From IMG/VR virus record IMGVR_UViG_3300044614_002617, positions 32,001 to 96,000 of that record: a stretch of 64,000 nucleotides of DNA, one strand, 5' to 3'. Shown here piece after piece: positions 18,919-29,681 of the stretch. Below the pieces are notes generated by a model that was given only the letters and a program-made list of their open reading frames with translations, searched no databases and was not told the origin of the DNA. The position numbers were made by a program, and so were the translations under genes. How positions within the stretch are numbered: position 1 is the stretch's first letter; each line of letters begins with the position of its first letter. The DNA is from a virus.

Positions 18919-18959
18919 AAGCCTATATTGTTGCACCCAAAATTCCCTAAGAGGGCAAA

Positions 18960-21900
18960 ATGTCTGAAATTTTACACAAAGACTTGATTGGCGAAGACAT
19001 TCACGAGTTGCGTATTGCGATTGGATCGTCTGCCCCTTCTTCTATGCCTTTGTTTGTCGGGCAGGGATATTACGATATTGTCAATAAAAAGTTTTATGTT
19101 TCGCAAGGAACGGCTACAATTTCTGATTGGGTTACCACGGAAATCCCTCCCTTTTTAGCATTTATGGATACAAGGACTATTACTTGGACTTCTAATACAG
19201 CTGGAAATCAAATCACTTACAGCGCAAATGTTGAAGAGGCTGAGCTAATCCTTACATCTGAAAATGTTACTGATTTTTCAAATGCTGTTTTGACTATTCC
19301 TCAAATTGTTTCCTTGTTGGCGGATCAACACACTCGTTTGATTATGAGAACCGGCGGCGAACCTCAGCCAACTGTTTGGAATCCTGTTTATTTCAATGGT
19401 CTAGAGCTCGATAGCGATTCTCAAAAAATCAGATTGTCACAAGATTTGTCGGATATTGGTACTCCTACTTTTAATGAAGTGACGCTTACTGTTAGAGCAA
19501 AAACCCCTATCCTAACTTTGACTCCGGATGGTGTGCCCGCTTCCGCATCGCTTTATCTTGATGCTGATAAAGGCATGGTTGCAAGAGGATACGCTGGTTC
19601 AACGTCTAGCTTTACGCTTCAGAACGAGGCTGGCACGGACGTACTTAACAATCCGGTTGGTTCTAATCAACTAATCGCCCCCTCGCTAGCGGCTGGAGCT
19701 GGAGCGTCGGGCGTGGTGCATTCCAACGCAAACGGTCTTTTAAGTGCATCTAAAATTGTCGATGCAGACGTTGATGCTGCAGCGGCAATTCAGGGAACCA
19801 AAATCGTCCCTGATTTTGGAAGTCAAGATATTACGACAACTGGCAGTATTTTTGTTGATACAATTGAATCGAATACTGATGATATTGGTATTTTGACAGG
19901 AAACGCAAACAAAAATATTTCGATTGGTACAGGCTCTGGATACAATACAATTACGCTTGGCGGCATAAACTCTACCGTTAATATCTCAGGAGCAACATAC
20001 ACCACTCCAATTGAGTATGTCTCTGAAGATAAAAACATTGTCGTAAACTTTAATGCATCTGGCCAGGATTCGCAGGACTCAGGCGTTTATGTTCAAGAAG
20101 AATACGCCGGTGCTCATATTGATTTGTTGGATGTCACCTGGCAATCTGGAAATACAGTTAGATATGCAGTTGACGGAGCCGGAAGCGGAGTTGATGGGCT
20201 TACTGCCGGCGAATATATTCGTGTTACTGGTTTTGTAAACAGTCAAAATAATGGAACTTTTAAGGCACTTACGGTAGATCCTGCATATATTGATGCCATT
20301 AACCCTAAAAGAACTGATGCCTCATTAGACGAAACCGGAGTTGCTGCTTCAAGCGCAGCTCGTTTGTTGCTAAACGGATATGTTCATGTGGGCTCTACTC
20401 GCATGAGCTGGGAAGTTCGAGCGCCTGCTCACTTGGGAATTATTGAACTAAAACCACAAGCAGTTGCAAAAACATTACTTTTAACTAGCGAATCCGCAGA
20501 CAACGTAACCGTTAAATTTAATACAAATTTGACGATTGATCAAGATTTGCAAAAAACCTCGGCGGTTGAGTTTTCTGAACTAACGGTTTCTGATTTAACT
20601 ACGGGCGTTCTGCATGCCGATGTGGACGGCAAGGTCTCTTCATCTTTGATTGTTAATGCCGATGTTGACGGTGCGGCTGCAATTGCAGGAACTAAAATTG
20701 TTCCTGACTTTGGAAGCCAAGATATTACAACGACTGGGCACTCTTCTTCTGCAAGTGTAAAAATTACCGGCACTGAACCAGTTGGAGGAGCTAATTTATT
20801 TTCTAGCCCCTCTAATGGATTAGTAGTTAGGGGAATTGCAGGAACAGGTTCTCAATTTAAATTTATAAGTGATTTGGGTGTAAATTTAGTAACAATTTCA
20901 GACACATCTGTTACTCTACATAACTTAACAAGTGGCCTAGTTAAATCATCCGCAGGTGTACTGTCGTCTTCCTTGCTTGTTGATGCCGATGTTGATGCAG
21001 CGGCTAATATTCAGGGCAGTAAGATTGAAGCGGCTAGTGCAACAAATGCGGGCGCCGTTACTACATCTTCGCAGTCATTTTCTGGAGATAAAACATTTAC
21101 CGGAAGCTTAACTTTTTCTAGTTTTGCTACGGCGGGAGTCGTTCATAACGATGAATACGGTTTGTTGTCTACATCGTTAATAATGAACGCCGACGTTGAT
21201 CCAATGGCAGCGATTTCTGCTTCTAAAATCGCCAATCAGCCAGCAGGAAACATTGCAGCCACGGACGTTCAAAGTGCGATCAATGAGATTGACACGGACA
21301 AAGTAGCAAAAGCCGGCGATAGTATGACCGGCAACCTATCCTTTTCCTCAAATTTTGGAATTGAGTCATCAGCCGCCTTAAGCACTTTAAATGTTGGTAC
21401 CGCTCCAAACACTTCTGTTCTTAATTTAGGAACAGGAAGCTCAACGAATGTGATTAATTTGGGAACGGGCTCTGGCGTAACCACAATTAATATTGGTGGC
21501 GCAGGCGATACAATTAATATTACGGGCACCCTAAACAGCGTTAATGTTACAGACATGGATGTAACTGATAAAAATATTACGCTCAATAAACAAGGGGCAC
21601 TAGCATCCGGAGACGGCGCCGGCCTTAATATTGAAGAAAATGCAGTTATTGCTGGATATGCTAAAGTTATAAACAGCCGAACAAGTTGGGGCTTTAAAGC
21701 GCCAGCAAATCAAGGAGAAGTTCAATTAACACCACCCGTTGGCTCATATATTGCAGAATTTAAGATCCCCGCATTAACAGCGTCGGCAGTTTATACGTTC
21801 CCCGCCGCAACCGACACCTTGGTTGGCCGAAATAGCACTGATAGTTTGTCTAACAAAACTCTTCTTGATCCGATTATTGATCAGATTAGTCCGTACAACG

Positions 21901-23867
21901 TAGATAAAACACTAAAAATTAACAGTACGGCAGCATTAAAAATTCCTGCTGGAACCGACGCACAGCGAGCTGCGTTTACTGCAGAAGACGGAATGGTTAG
22001 GTACAATACAACAAGTAATTTTTTTGAAGGTCATTCAGGCGGCGGGTGGTCACCGCTAAGCGGAGGAAAGGTTGTTACCGTATCTTCTTTTACTACTTTA
22101 TCTAATGAAATTAGATATTTAACAAACACATTTGCGGCACCGTTTGCGGTTACCTTGCCATTTGGCGTTTTAAATTCAAGAATTGAAATCAAAGATTCTA
22201 CATATACATGGAAAAACAACAACCTAACTGTTATCCCTGCATCGGGGCAAAGGATCGATGGGTTTGCGATCGATGAGCATTTAGTTTGCGATGTTGACGG
22301 TGGATGGATTACCCTAGATTGGGATTCTGCTAACTCTCGATGGAATCTTTCAACCAACGCAATTGTTGACCTAAACGACACATACGCGACTGAGAGTTAT
22401 GCCGGTATTGTTAGCACAGGGATTCAAACTTTTGCAGGCACAAAGACTTTTAACGATGGAATTGTGCTAAAAACAAATACAACTCCTGCGATTGCTCCCG
22501 CAGATGGGATTCAGGTTTACGCCAAAAATGATAACAAACTATACACGCTTAACTCTTTGGGTATTGAGCAGGCGGTTGGTTCCGGCGGATCTGTACTGTC
22601 TATTTCTCAAGCCGCACATGGTTTTACATTTAACGATATCGGTCGTCCCTTGTATCTTAACGGTTCAGTATATGCTTTTGCGCAAGCTGATACTGAAGCA
22701 AAAGCCGAAGTTGCTGCTCTGCTTAGTCGCGTTGTTGATGTTGATAATTTTGAAATTTGTCTTGGCGGGGAAGTGTCACCAGTTGGCGCAAACTTGATCG
22801 TCGGTGGCGGCGCTCTTACACCCGGAGAAGTGTATTTCCTCTCCGCATCCGAAGCTGGTAAGATTTCAACTACTCCACCTTCTGTTGTAGGTCAAATTTC
22901 CAAGCCCGTTGGTATTGCCCGAACTACGACTGAGCTTGATTTCTTCAATATGACCGGTTCTACAGTTGGCGGCACAAACGTATACACGCAGATTGGCCTT
23001 ACTAATAACGCGGTTACAACCATTCAAAATGCTTCGGCTTATGACAGCGTTGAGCTTTCTGGTTGGGTTTATGTTAACGCAACTGTTAAATATCGTTTTG
23101 CTATCAAAGTTCAGGTAACTAAAAAGGGCGATAATACTAATTATTTGGTAAGCTTCCAACATTCCGGTGACACTCCACCGTCTGGATTTGACGTTGACGC
23201 TACGGCGGCTGGTCTTGTGCAAGTCACATTACCCTCAATTGCCGGATTCACGTCTGCAGTTATTCAGTTTAATCTAAATGGCCCTGCGGTTGGCGCTAGC
23301 TTGCCGTTGCAAATCGAATCAACTAATGTAAGTTTTAGTACGGTACAGGCTAAAGATAGTACCGGTATTGCCTTTAAAAATTCATCCGGAACCACGGTCG
23401 CAACCTTAAATAATAGCGGCCATTTACTTTTGCCAAAAATTCCAGCGTTTTATGCATGGCGGCCTGGTGGCAATCAATCGACTTTAACGGGTGCGTTTGG
23501 AACGATTGCGCCCGTATTTAACACAACAAGAGTAAATGTTGATAACTGTTATAACACAACAAATGGTCGTTTTACCGCACCAGTTGCGGGTATTTATGAA
23601 TTCCAGTTTGGCATTACCGCAAGATGGGTGTCTGCGGTAGGAAATCTAGAACCAACATTCTATGTAGATGGTTCAAATGTTTCACCCAGAGGTTGTGGAT
23701 ATACAACATTAACTGCGGTTCAAGACCACGACTTTATGCATGTTTATGTAATGGTATCGCTCAATGCCGGACAATACGTTCAGTGCGGAATTCATGCTTG
23801 CTCCGCAGGTGTTGATTACTACTATGGTGAAAATTTAGCGTATTTTTCTGGTAAATTAATAGGTTAA
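18960..23867 (+). CDS. Giant tail fibre/adhesin with C-terminal C1q-like domain
   Basis: 1635 aa; repeated SS.IVxADVDxxAAI.GxKI motifs; C-terminal PAFYA...FNT...N...YNTTNGRFTAPVAGIYEF...FSGKLIG. Confidence 0.8.
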   Translation: MSEILHKDLIGEDIHELRIAIGSSAPSSMPLFVGQGYYDIVNKKFYVSQGTATISDWVTTEIPPFLAFMDTRTITWTSNTAGNQITYSANVEEAELILTSENVTDFSNAVLTIPQIVSLLADQHTRLIMRTGGEPQPTVWNPVYFNGLELDSDSQKIRLSQDLSDIGTPTFNEVTLTVRAKTPILTLTPDGVPASASLYLDADKGMVARGYAGSTSSFTLQNEAGTDVLNNPVGSNQLIAPSLAAGAGASGVVHSNANGLLSASKIVDADVDAAAAIQGTKIVPDFGSQDITTTGSIFVDTIESNTDDIGILTGNANKNISIGTGSGYNTITLGGINSTVNISGATYTTPIEYVSEDKNIVVNFNASGQDSQDSGVYVQEEYAGAHIDLLDVTWQSGNTVRYAVDGAGSGVDGLTAGEYIRVTGFVNSQNNGTFKALTVDPAYIDAINPKRTDASLDETGVAASSAARLLLNGYVHVGSTRMSWEVRAPAHLGIIELKPQAVAKTLLLTSESADNVTVKFNTNLTIDQDLQKTSAVEFSELTVSDLTTGVLHADVDGKVSSSLIVNADVDGAAAIAGTKIVPDFGSQDITTTGHSSSASVKITGTEPVGGANLFSSPSNGLVVRGIAGTGSQFKFISDLGVNLVTISDTSVTLHNLTSGLVKSSAGVLSSSLLVDADVDAAANIQGSKIEAASATNAGAVTTSSQSFSGDKTFTGSLTFSSFATAGVVHNDEYGLLSTSLIMNADVDPMAAISASKIANQPAGNIAATDVQSAINEIDTDKVAKAGDSMTGNLSFSSNFGIESSAALSTLNVGTAPNTSVLNLGTGSSTNVINLGTGSGVTTINIGGAGDTINITGTLNSVNVTDMDVTDKNITLNKQGALASGDGAGLNIEENAVIAGYAKVINSRTSWGFKAPANQGEVQLTPPVGSYIAEFKIPALTASAVYTFPAATDTLVGRNSTDSLSNKTLLDPIIDQISPYNVDKTLKINSTAALKIPAGTDAQRAAFTAEDGMVRYNTTSNFFEGHSGGGWSPLSGGKVVTVSSFTTLSNEIRYLTNTFAAPFAVTLPFGVLNSRIEIKDSTYTWKNNNLTVIPASGQRIDGFAIDEHLVCDVDGGWITLDWDSANSRWNLSTNAIVDLNDTYATESYAGIVSTGIQTFAGTKTFNDGIVLKTNTTPAIAPADGIQVYAKNDNKLYTLNSLGIEQAVGSGGSVLSISQAAHGFTFNDIGRPLYLNGSVYAFAQADTEAKAEVAALLSRVVDVDNFEICLGGEVSPVGANLIVGGGALTPGEVYFLSASEAGKISTTPPSVVGQISKPVGIARTTTELDFFNMTGSTVGGTNVYTQIGLTNNAVTTIQNASAYDSVELSGWVYVNATVKYRFAIKVQVTKKGDNTNYLVSFQHSGDTPPSGFDVDATAAGLVQVTLPSIAGFTSAVIQFNLNGPAVGASLPLQIESTNVSFSTVQAKDSTGIAFKNSSGTTVATLNNSGHLLLPKIPAFYAWRPGGNQSTLTGAFGTIAPVFNTTRVNVDNCYNTTNGRFTAPVAGIYEFQFGITARWVSAVGNLEPTFYVDGSNVSPRGCGYTTLTAVQDHDFMHVYVMVSLNAGQYVQCGIHACSAGVDYYYGENLAYFSGKLIG

Positions 23868-23878
23868 CGGAGTAAAAC

Positions 23879-24331
23879 ATGGCAAAAACTACATTAATAG
23901 AAAAAGGCCAAATACTCCAATGCGCATATTATGGGGAGTTTAACGGCAGCGGTTCTAACAACAACTGGTCTTTGGTTTTAGGAACTGCGGCATTCACTCC
24001 AAGAAAAGCAAATTCTCAAATCTTAATAATGTACAACGGTACTCTTTATAACAACTCAACGCCATCCTCCGCAGGTGGTGGAGCGCGATTAAAAAGAAAT
24101 GGAGTTGTGATTCAGTCTGCTCAAAATGCGGATGGTGGAGGAACATCGCCATATGCAATGTATGCTTCTGGGTTGGGTAATATGGCTACGAGACTTCATT
24201 ACCAATACTTAGATACACCAAATACAACATCATCAATTAATTATTCAATAGAAGTATGTTCATATACTTCACCTGGTTCATCATTTACTGCGTTTGGTTG
24301 GTCAGTAGTGATAATGGAGATAGCGGGGTAA
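23879..24331 (+). CDS. Small fibre-associated protein
   Basis: FTP...NSQILI...YLDTP.TTS.I.Y...MEIAG pattern common beside phage fibre genes. Confidence 0.55.
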   Translation: MAKTTLIEKGQILQCAYYGEFNGSGSNNNWSLVLGTAAFTPRKANSQILIMYNGTLYNNSTPSSAGGGARLKRNGVVIQSAQNADGGGTSPYAMYASGLGNMATRLHYQYLDTPNTTSSINYSIEVCSYTSPGSSFTAFGWSVVIMEIAG

Positions 24332-24333
24332 GT

Positions 24334-24798
24334 ATGGCAAAAGTACCATTAATACAAAGCAGTTATCCAGTTTTCCCTGAACGACCATCATTTTTTATAG
24401 GTTGGCCTGGGGCAATGTCCTTAACTGGAACCGCTGCTCTTCCTCCTACGGGAGGAACGGTAAAATTTAATAATGGCTCTCATTTTAATACGTCAACAAT
24501 GCGATTTACTTGCCCTGTTGCTGGGCTGTATTTAATAGGTGCAAGCTATTTGCGACAAAATGCAAACAATGTTGTAGTTCGCATGAATGCTTTTAAAAAT
24601 GGAACTAATGAAAACCAACAATTGCGTTCTACTGAAGCATATACTGGTTTTAATTATACAGCTGGACAATGGTGGTTATTAAGAGCAAACATCGGAGATA
24701 TTTTAGATGTTAGGATTTCTGCAGATTCAGCAACAACTTTATATGCAGATGGTGGTAATGGTGAATATAATTGGATTTGTGGATATTTAGTGGGGTAA
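24334..24798 (+). CDS. C1q-like domain protein
   Basis: PSFF...FNNGSHFNTSTMRFTCPVAGLY...GYLVG; start at 24334. Confidence 0.7.
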   Translation: MAKVPLIQSSYPVFPERPSFFIGWPGAMSLTGTAALPPTGGTVKFNNGSHFNTSTMRFTCPVAGLYLIGASYLRQNANNVVVRMNAFKNGTNENQQLRSTEAYTGFNYTAGQWWLLRANIGDILDVRISADSATTLYADGGNGEYNWICGYLVG

Positions 24799-24801
24799 TA
24801 T

Positions 24802-25509
24802 ATGTCATCGTCAGTAATTAAACAACAATCTTCGGGTATTGCGACAGAAACGCAAAGTGGACTAGTTAGCACTGATACACAATCGTTCGGTGGCGACAAA
24901 ACGTTTGCGGGCACTAAAGTAGTGGTAAATGGCAATGTTGGAGTGGGCACTGCAACGCCGGGCGCTAAAATGCAACTTTCCGCAGGAGATGCTTCGTATG
25001 CTTGGTACGGCCCAAATACAACATGGGGTGGATTTCTTATAGTTGGTGCATGTCCGAATCAAGTTACTACACTTAAAGCACAAATCATTTCAACCGATGG
25101 CAATATGCATTTAGACTCAGCAACATCAAAAAGTGCTTATATAAATTATTACTCACAAGGCAATACATATATTAATGGGCAAGCCGGAAATGTTGGAATA
25201 GGAACATTAACGCCTAGTTATAAGTTACATGTGAACGGTTCTGGATTTTTTAGTTCAAGCGTTTTTTGTAATAAAGGTGGATTTTCAAGCGGAGATGGAA
25301 ACTATCTTAACGGATTAGACGGATTCTACGGTTCAAGTTACGATGGTTATTATCTTATGAATCGACCAGGATTTAGCAGTGCATTTTGGCAACATGACCA
25401 TGGTGGTTCTACTGGAACTATTCAATGGGCAACTTCGTACGGTCAAGCTTTATATAGAAGAAATCGAACTGATAATAATACTTGGACAGCATGGAGGCAG
25501 GTTGACTAA
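24802..25509 (+). CDS. Short tail fibre-like protein
   Basis: GNVG(V/I)GT..P repeats; C-terminal YRR......WTAWR; N-terminus shared with 25882. Confidence 0.65.
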   Translation: MSSSVIKQQSSGIATETQSGLVSTDTQSFGGDKTFAGTKVVVNGNVGVGTATPGAKMQLSAGDASYAWYGPNTTWGGFLIVGACPNQVTTLKAQIISTDGNMHLDSATSKSAYINYYSQGNTYINGQAGNVGIGTLTPSYKLHVNGSGFFSSSVFCNKGGFSSGDGNYLNGLDGFYGSSYDGYYLMNRPGFSSAFWQHDHGGSTGTIQWATSYGQALYRRNRTDNNTWTAWRQVD

Positions 25510-25856
25510 TGATCTTATATTTAAACATTAAAGAAAACAGAATAGAAGCCATCTTAAAACGTCCAGACCCTAACAACCCCTTTAAACCATATTGTAAGGA
25601 GTTAGAACTTCCTGATGATTTTAATATTCAAGTTGAATATTTAAATGCTGAGGGGGAATCTCGCCTTAGGGAAATGACGGTCGAAGAGTTAGAAACTGCG
25701 TTGAGCTACAGAGAACGAAGATATAATAATTATCCAAAACTTGCAGAACAGATGGATATGCTTTGGCATGCTATGGACAAAGGGGAATTACCCAAGGTTG
25801 AATCTTTTTACAATGCTATTAAACAAGTTAAAGAACAATTTCCTAAAGATAACTAA
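25509..25856 (+). CDS. Putative tail fibre assembly chaperone
   Basis: R...YP.LAEQMDMLWH...IK.VK..FPK motif. Confidence 0.6.
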   Translation: MILYLNIKENRIEAILKRPDPNNPFKPYCKELELPDDFNIQVEYLNAEGESRLREMTVEELETALSYRERRYNNYPKLAEQMDMLWHAMDKGELPKVESFYNAIKQVKEQFPKDN

Positions 25857-25881
25857 TTTTGGACTATTTGTGGAGTAAGAA

Positions 25882-26826
25882 ATGTCATCCTCGGTAATAT
25901 CTCAACAATCCTTAGGGCTAGCGACCGAGACTCAGAGCGGATTGGTTGGTACTGGGACACAATCGTTCAGTGGGGATAAGACGTTTGCCGGCGCGTATAC
26001 TGTTAGGGCAATTCAGCAGGTGGGCGTGCCAAATATAGGAACGCACGCAGGATATCTTATACTTGCAAAAGCGTATGTAAGCGGATTGCAAGAAGTTTCT
26101 GAAATTACAGGAACATTTTTGTTAAGCAGAGGTGGCACCGGAACCGGCAACAGAGGAGACACTTATACAGTTGTATCAAGATCGGCATACAATGGAGAGG
26201 GCTTAACTGTTCAGGTTTCAGTTGCGGGTAATCGTTTTTTTGTGAGAACAGTCAAGGTTACTTACCAAGGAACGATATACCATGCAATAGAAACTACTGT
26301 AACTGGGGGCGAACCAAATAATGGCATTTCATTCCAAGGTGTTATCAAAAATGCAACCCCGATTTATGTAGATGCTACATATGTTTCAAGTATTTCTGCC
26401 TTTGGAAACTTTACGATTTTAGAAAACGGAATACTTCAAAAACCTCAAACTCCGTCTTTTAGTGGTTCGTTTTCTACATATACATCGAATACGTCAAATT
26501 ATAACCCCAACCTAGCGACTTCTTTTAATGTTGGATTTGCTGTAAATGCTGGGCAATCTAGGATTACGGTTCCAGTTGCAGGAAAATATTTTGTTCAGGC
26601 TCAGCAGCTTGTAAATACCGTTGGAACAAGTGTTTATTTACATATAAGGAAAAATTCAAACACAGTAAGATATGCGTATAGCAATAATGACGATACATAC
26701 GACATGAACGTGTCTGCTATGGTAGATTGTGCAGCAAACGATTATATTGATTTTTATTATTCTGGAACGACAACATATTCGTGGGCAGACCCTCACTCCG
26801 GTGTTATTTGCTATTTAATAGGATAA
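25882..26826 (+). CDS. Short fibre with C-terminal C1q-like domain
   Basis: N-terminus paralogous to 24802; RITVPVAGKYFV...CAANDYI...YLIG. Confidence 0.7.
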   Translation: MSSSVISQQSLGLATETQSGLVGTGTQSFSGDKTFAGAYTVRAIQQVGVPNIGTHAGYLILAKAYVSGLQEVSEITGTFLLSRGGTGTGNRGDTYTVVSRSAYNGEGLTVQVSVAGNRFFVRTVKVTYQGTIYHAIETTVTGGEPNNGISFQGVIKNATPIYVDATYVSSISAFGNFTILENGILQKPQTPSFSGSFSTYTSNTSNYNPNLATSFNVGFAVNAGQSRITVPVAGKYFVQAQQLVNTVGTSVYLHIRKNSNTVRYAYSNNDDTYDMNVSAMVDCAANDYIDFYYSGTTTYSWADPHSGVICYLIG

Positions 26827-26839
26827 AAAGGAGAATAAT

Positions 26840-27094
26840 ATGCAGGACATAACAATAAGTCTCACGGAAACCGAGTTCAAAGCGTTGAATGTGGCAGCTC
26901 TTTCGCCTCAAGAGTGGGCTAAAAACGCCGTCAAGAGCCGTGCCCAAATCGCGATCGATGAAATTGTTCAATTGTGTGTCGCAAAAAGTCTTGAAGAACA
27001 GGTACAGATTCCTAGTTCCAAAGAAGAAATTGTAGACTTGGCAATCGCTAAGGGATGGGTTAAGATAGCTTCATCGGAGGTGTCAAATGGCTGA
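26840..27094 (+). CDS. Small protein following C1q fibre (putative chaperone)
   Basis: ITISLT.TE.KAL...QEW..NAV..RA.IAIDEI. Confidence 0.5.
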   Translation: MQDITISLTETEFKALNVAALSPQEWAKNAVKSRAQIAIDEIVQLCVAKSLEEQVQIPSSKEEIVDLAIAKGWVKIASSEVSNG

Positions 27095-27482
27095 TTTAAG
27101 TACAATTGCTACGGCTGGTAGAGATTTTCAAGATGGTGGATTTAAAATCAATTATGGCGTATATAGCCCTACCGTAACTACCGTTTCTGGAATTGCAAAC
27201 GCAAATTTTGGCAACTCCTTTAGAGATATGAGAACTGGGAACAGAACCATTAATGTTCATAATCTCAAAGATGGACAATCTTTAACAATTTTGGTTCAGG
27301 GCGCACTGAACAATGTTATTACAATAGCTGTGTTTAGCGATGCGGGAGTCACTTCCGTTCCCGTAAAATACGGAGCAGGACAAAGCGGCACCATGGCATC
27401 CGCCTACTCGCTTTTTACCGTTTATCGTGTTGGGGGGGATTTAAATTTTGCAGTGATTGGGCCAATTCACGGGATATCGTAA
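27087..27482 (+). CDS. Virion adaptor-like protein, paralog of 38712
   Basis: QDG..KI.YGV.SPTV...GNRT..VHN.KDGQS.TILVQGA...HGIS. Confidence 0.6.
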   Translation: MADLSTIATAGRDFQDGGFKINYGVYSPTVTTVSGIANANFGNSFRDMRTGNRTINVHNLKDGQSLTILVQGALNNVITIAVFSDAGVTSVPVKYGAGQSGTMASAYSLFTVYRVGGDLNFAVIGPIHGIS

Positions 27483-27483
27483 T

Positions 27484-28878
27484 ATGTTTTTTAATAATGC
27501 CGTTGGTGTGCTAGCAACACAAAAAGCAACTGAAACAGAAGAAAAAATTACATCTTCTATAACAAAAACAATGACATCCGCATACGTACCTCAAAGTATT
27601 AAAGTTTGGGGCACTGGCGGGGGAGCCGGTGGAGCCAATGGAGCAAATGGGGCAAATGGTAATACCGGCGGCTCAGGAGTAAACGGAGGTACCGGTATAG
27701 CTGGATCCGGAGACAGCGGAGGTCGTGGCTGGTCGAGCGGCGGATACGGTTACGGTGGAGCCGGCGGAGCTGGCGGAGCCGCTGGCAACGGAGGAGCAGG
27801 CGGAGCCGGTGGAGCAGGCGGAGCAGGCGGTGGAAAAGGATCCGGAAATTTAAATAATTACATTTCTGAAAATTACAATACATATGATTTTTTTTCTGAT
27901 TTTATTGGCGGGGTTGATATCGCAATTGTTGTTGGAAACGGAGGGAACGCTCAAACAAACGGAAGTTCATCTGGCCTAAGTGTTAATGGGGTTCAAAAAA
28001 TTATGTATTCAGGTGGGCTCATAAACCAATCACCTGGAACGCCGGGAGCAAACGGAACAAACGGTACGGCTGGCAGCGGCGGAGCCGGTGGAGCCGGGGG
28101 TGCGCTCGTCGGAGGATCTGGAGTAAATGGCGGAGGCGCAGGAGGAGGAAGTGGCGGAGCTGGTGGCAGCGGACGAGGAGCCGGTGGAACCGGGGGCGCC
28201 GGTGGGATTGGTGGAAGCAAGAACATTGGTTTCGTCTTAAATGGTATAGAATACGGAACCGGGGGCGCCGGTGGTAACGGGGGCGCCGGTGGTAACGGTG
28301 GAATTGGTGGACTTGGTGGAAATGGCGGAAATGGCGGAAATGGTTATGGAGGGGGAGGCGGAGGACAGTCTGTTTATCAAACAGACTTTTGGTACTCTTA
28401 CGCTGGAAACTCCGGAGGTTGGGGCTGGGGCGGCGGCGGCGGTAGCGGGGCGGCTGATATCTTCGCAGCTTTACCTGGAGGAAACGGAGGCTCTTCGGTA
28501 AATGGATACAGTGGAGGAGCCGGAGGTGTGCTTCCGCCTAGTAGTTATGGAGGGGGAAGCGGAGGCGGCGGCGGTGCCGGCTCCGGCGGAAATGGCGGTG
28601 GCGGTGGCGTTGGGTATTATTCAGGAGATGTGTACTATCCGGGCGGCGGAGGCGGCGGTGGCTGGGGCGGCGGAGGAAATGGCGGACGAGGGCAAGGATA
28701 TTTGGGGCCATACTCCGGGGGCTCAGAAAGCGGCTATGGCGGAAGCGGTGGAGGATACGGAGGAGCAGGCGGAGCCGGGGGTGCTTCTGGTGGGGCAGGA
28801 ACATCCGGAACTGCCGGTCAAGCTGGACAAGCTGGCAAAAATGGCATAATAATTATTAGATATAAAGTGTTTGAGTAG
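27484..28878 (+). CDS. Glycine-rich (polyglycine-II-like) adhesin
   Basis: Long GGxGGx tracts; N- and C-termini nearly identical to 39143. Confidence 0.65.
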   Translation: MFFNNAVGVLATQKATETEEKITSSITKTMTSAYVPQSIKVWGTGGGAGGANGANGANGNTGGSGVNGGTGIAGSGDSGGRGWSSGGYGYGGAGGAGGAAGNGGAGGAGGAGGAGGGKGSGNLNNYISENYNTYDFFSDFIGGVDIAIVVGNGGNAQTNGSSSGLSVNGVQKIMYSGGLINQSPGTPGANGTNGTAGSGGAGGAGGALVGGSGVNGGGAGGGSGGAGGSGRGAGGTGGAGGIGGSKNIGFVLNGIEYGTGGAGGNGGAGGNGGIGGLGGNGGNGGNGYGGGGGGQSVYQTDFWYSYAGNSGGWGWGGGGGSGAADIFAALPGGNGGSSVNGYSGGAGGVLPPSSYGGGSGGGGGAGSGGNGGGGGVGYYSGDVYYPGGGGGGGWGGGGNGGRGQGYLGPYSGGSESGYGGSGGGYGGAGGAGGASGGAGTSGTAGQAGQAGKNGIIIIRYKVFE

Positions 28879-28896
28879 AAACTAGAATACAAAAAT

Positions 28897-28925
28897 TTGA
28901 CTTTAAAAAAACTGTTTTGTAAAAT
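28897..28925 (+). promoter_or_regulatory. sigma70-type promoter
   Basis: TTGACT-N17-TAAAAT. Confidence 0.7.
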
Positions 28926-28943
28926 TTTTTTGGAGGTTCTTAT

Positions 28944-29678
28944 ATGTCAGATATTATTGTAAGAAATGCTGGCACAGCCGTTTCTACTATTCTAGAAACA
29001 ATTAAGCCAATGTCGGTCATCAAAAAAGAAGATCAGCAGTTTCTTGTTGAGCATAAAGAGCATTTTGCTCAGGTATTTGAAAAAACGCACATCTGGAGAA
29101 CAGACACACAAAAGCTTTCAATTGTTTCGGATAGCTATCACCCAACTCTACACTCTAAGTTTCATCAAGCAATTCTAGAACAAAAAGTTCAATTAGACCA
29201 GACTTTCTATTTGGCAAAAGATTTTGAAATGAAAAAAATTGAAATTGAAGAACTAATGCTAGATCTAGAGGATCTGGGCGATACCGCTAGGGACGAACTT
29301 AAAAGACGTAAATTTGAAATTGAACTTCAGTTTAAAAAGTATGAACTAGATCAAATGGTTATTTCCATGAATTATAGAATGGCGGAAGTAAAAGGTTGGC
29401 AAAAAATTCAAGAAGATCTTTTAATTAAACTGCGAGAATCGGGAATGGACGAGGAAACAATTTGGAGCAAAGACGCTGGAGAGGTGGAGTCAATGTTCTT
29501 TGGTACACTTACTCGCTTGCAGGGTCTGGCCAAAACAACGGACGGTGCCGAAGCAAATAACCTAATAGCTTTGGCTCAGTTTTACGTACAAAAAGTTCAA
29601 GAAAGTGGAAGACTTCCGGAATTAAAAAAGAAATGCAATAAGGCTCAACTGGACTCTCTTAAATTTTTAGGATATTAA
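28944..29678 (+). CDS. Coiled-coil protein (putative chaperone), likely related to 35772
   Basis: Helical, KKIEIEEL...RRKFEIE; follows Gly-rich gene. Confidence 0.55.
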   Translation: MSDIIVRNAGTAVSTILETIKPMSVIKKEDQQFLVEHKEHFAQVFEKTHIWRTDTQKLSIVSDSYHPTLHSKFHQAILEQKVQLDQTFYLAKDFEMKKIEIEELMLDLEDLGDTARDELKRRKFEIELQFKKYELDQMVISMNYRMAEVKGWQKIQEDLLIKLRESGMDEETIWSKDAGEVESMFFGTLTRLQGLAKTTDGAEANNLIALAQFYVQKVQESGRLPELKKKCNKAQLDSLKFLGY

Positions 29679-29681
29679 TAT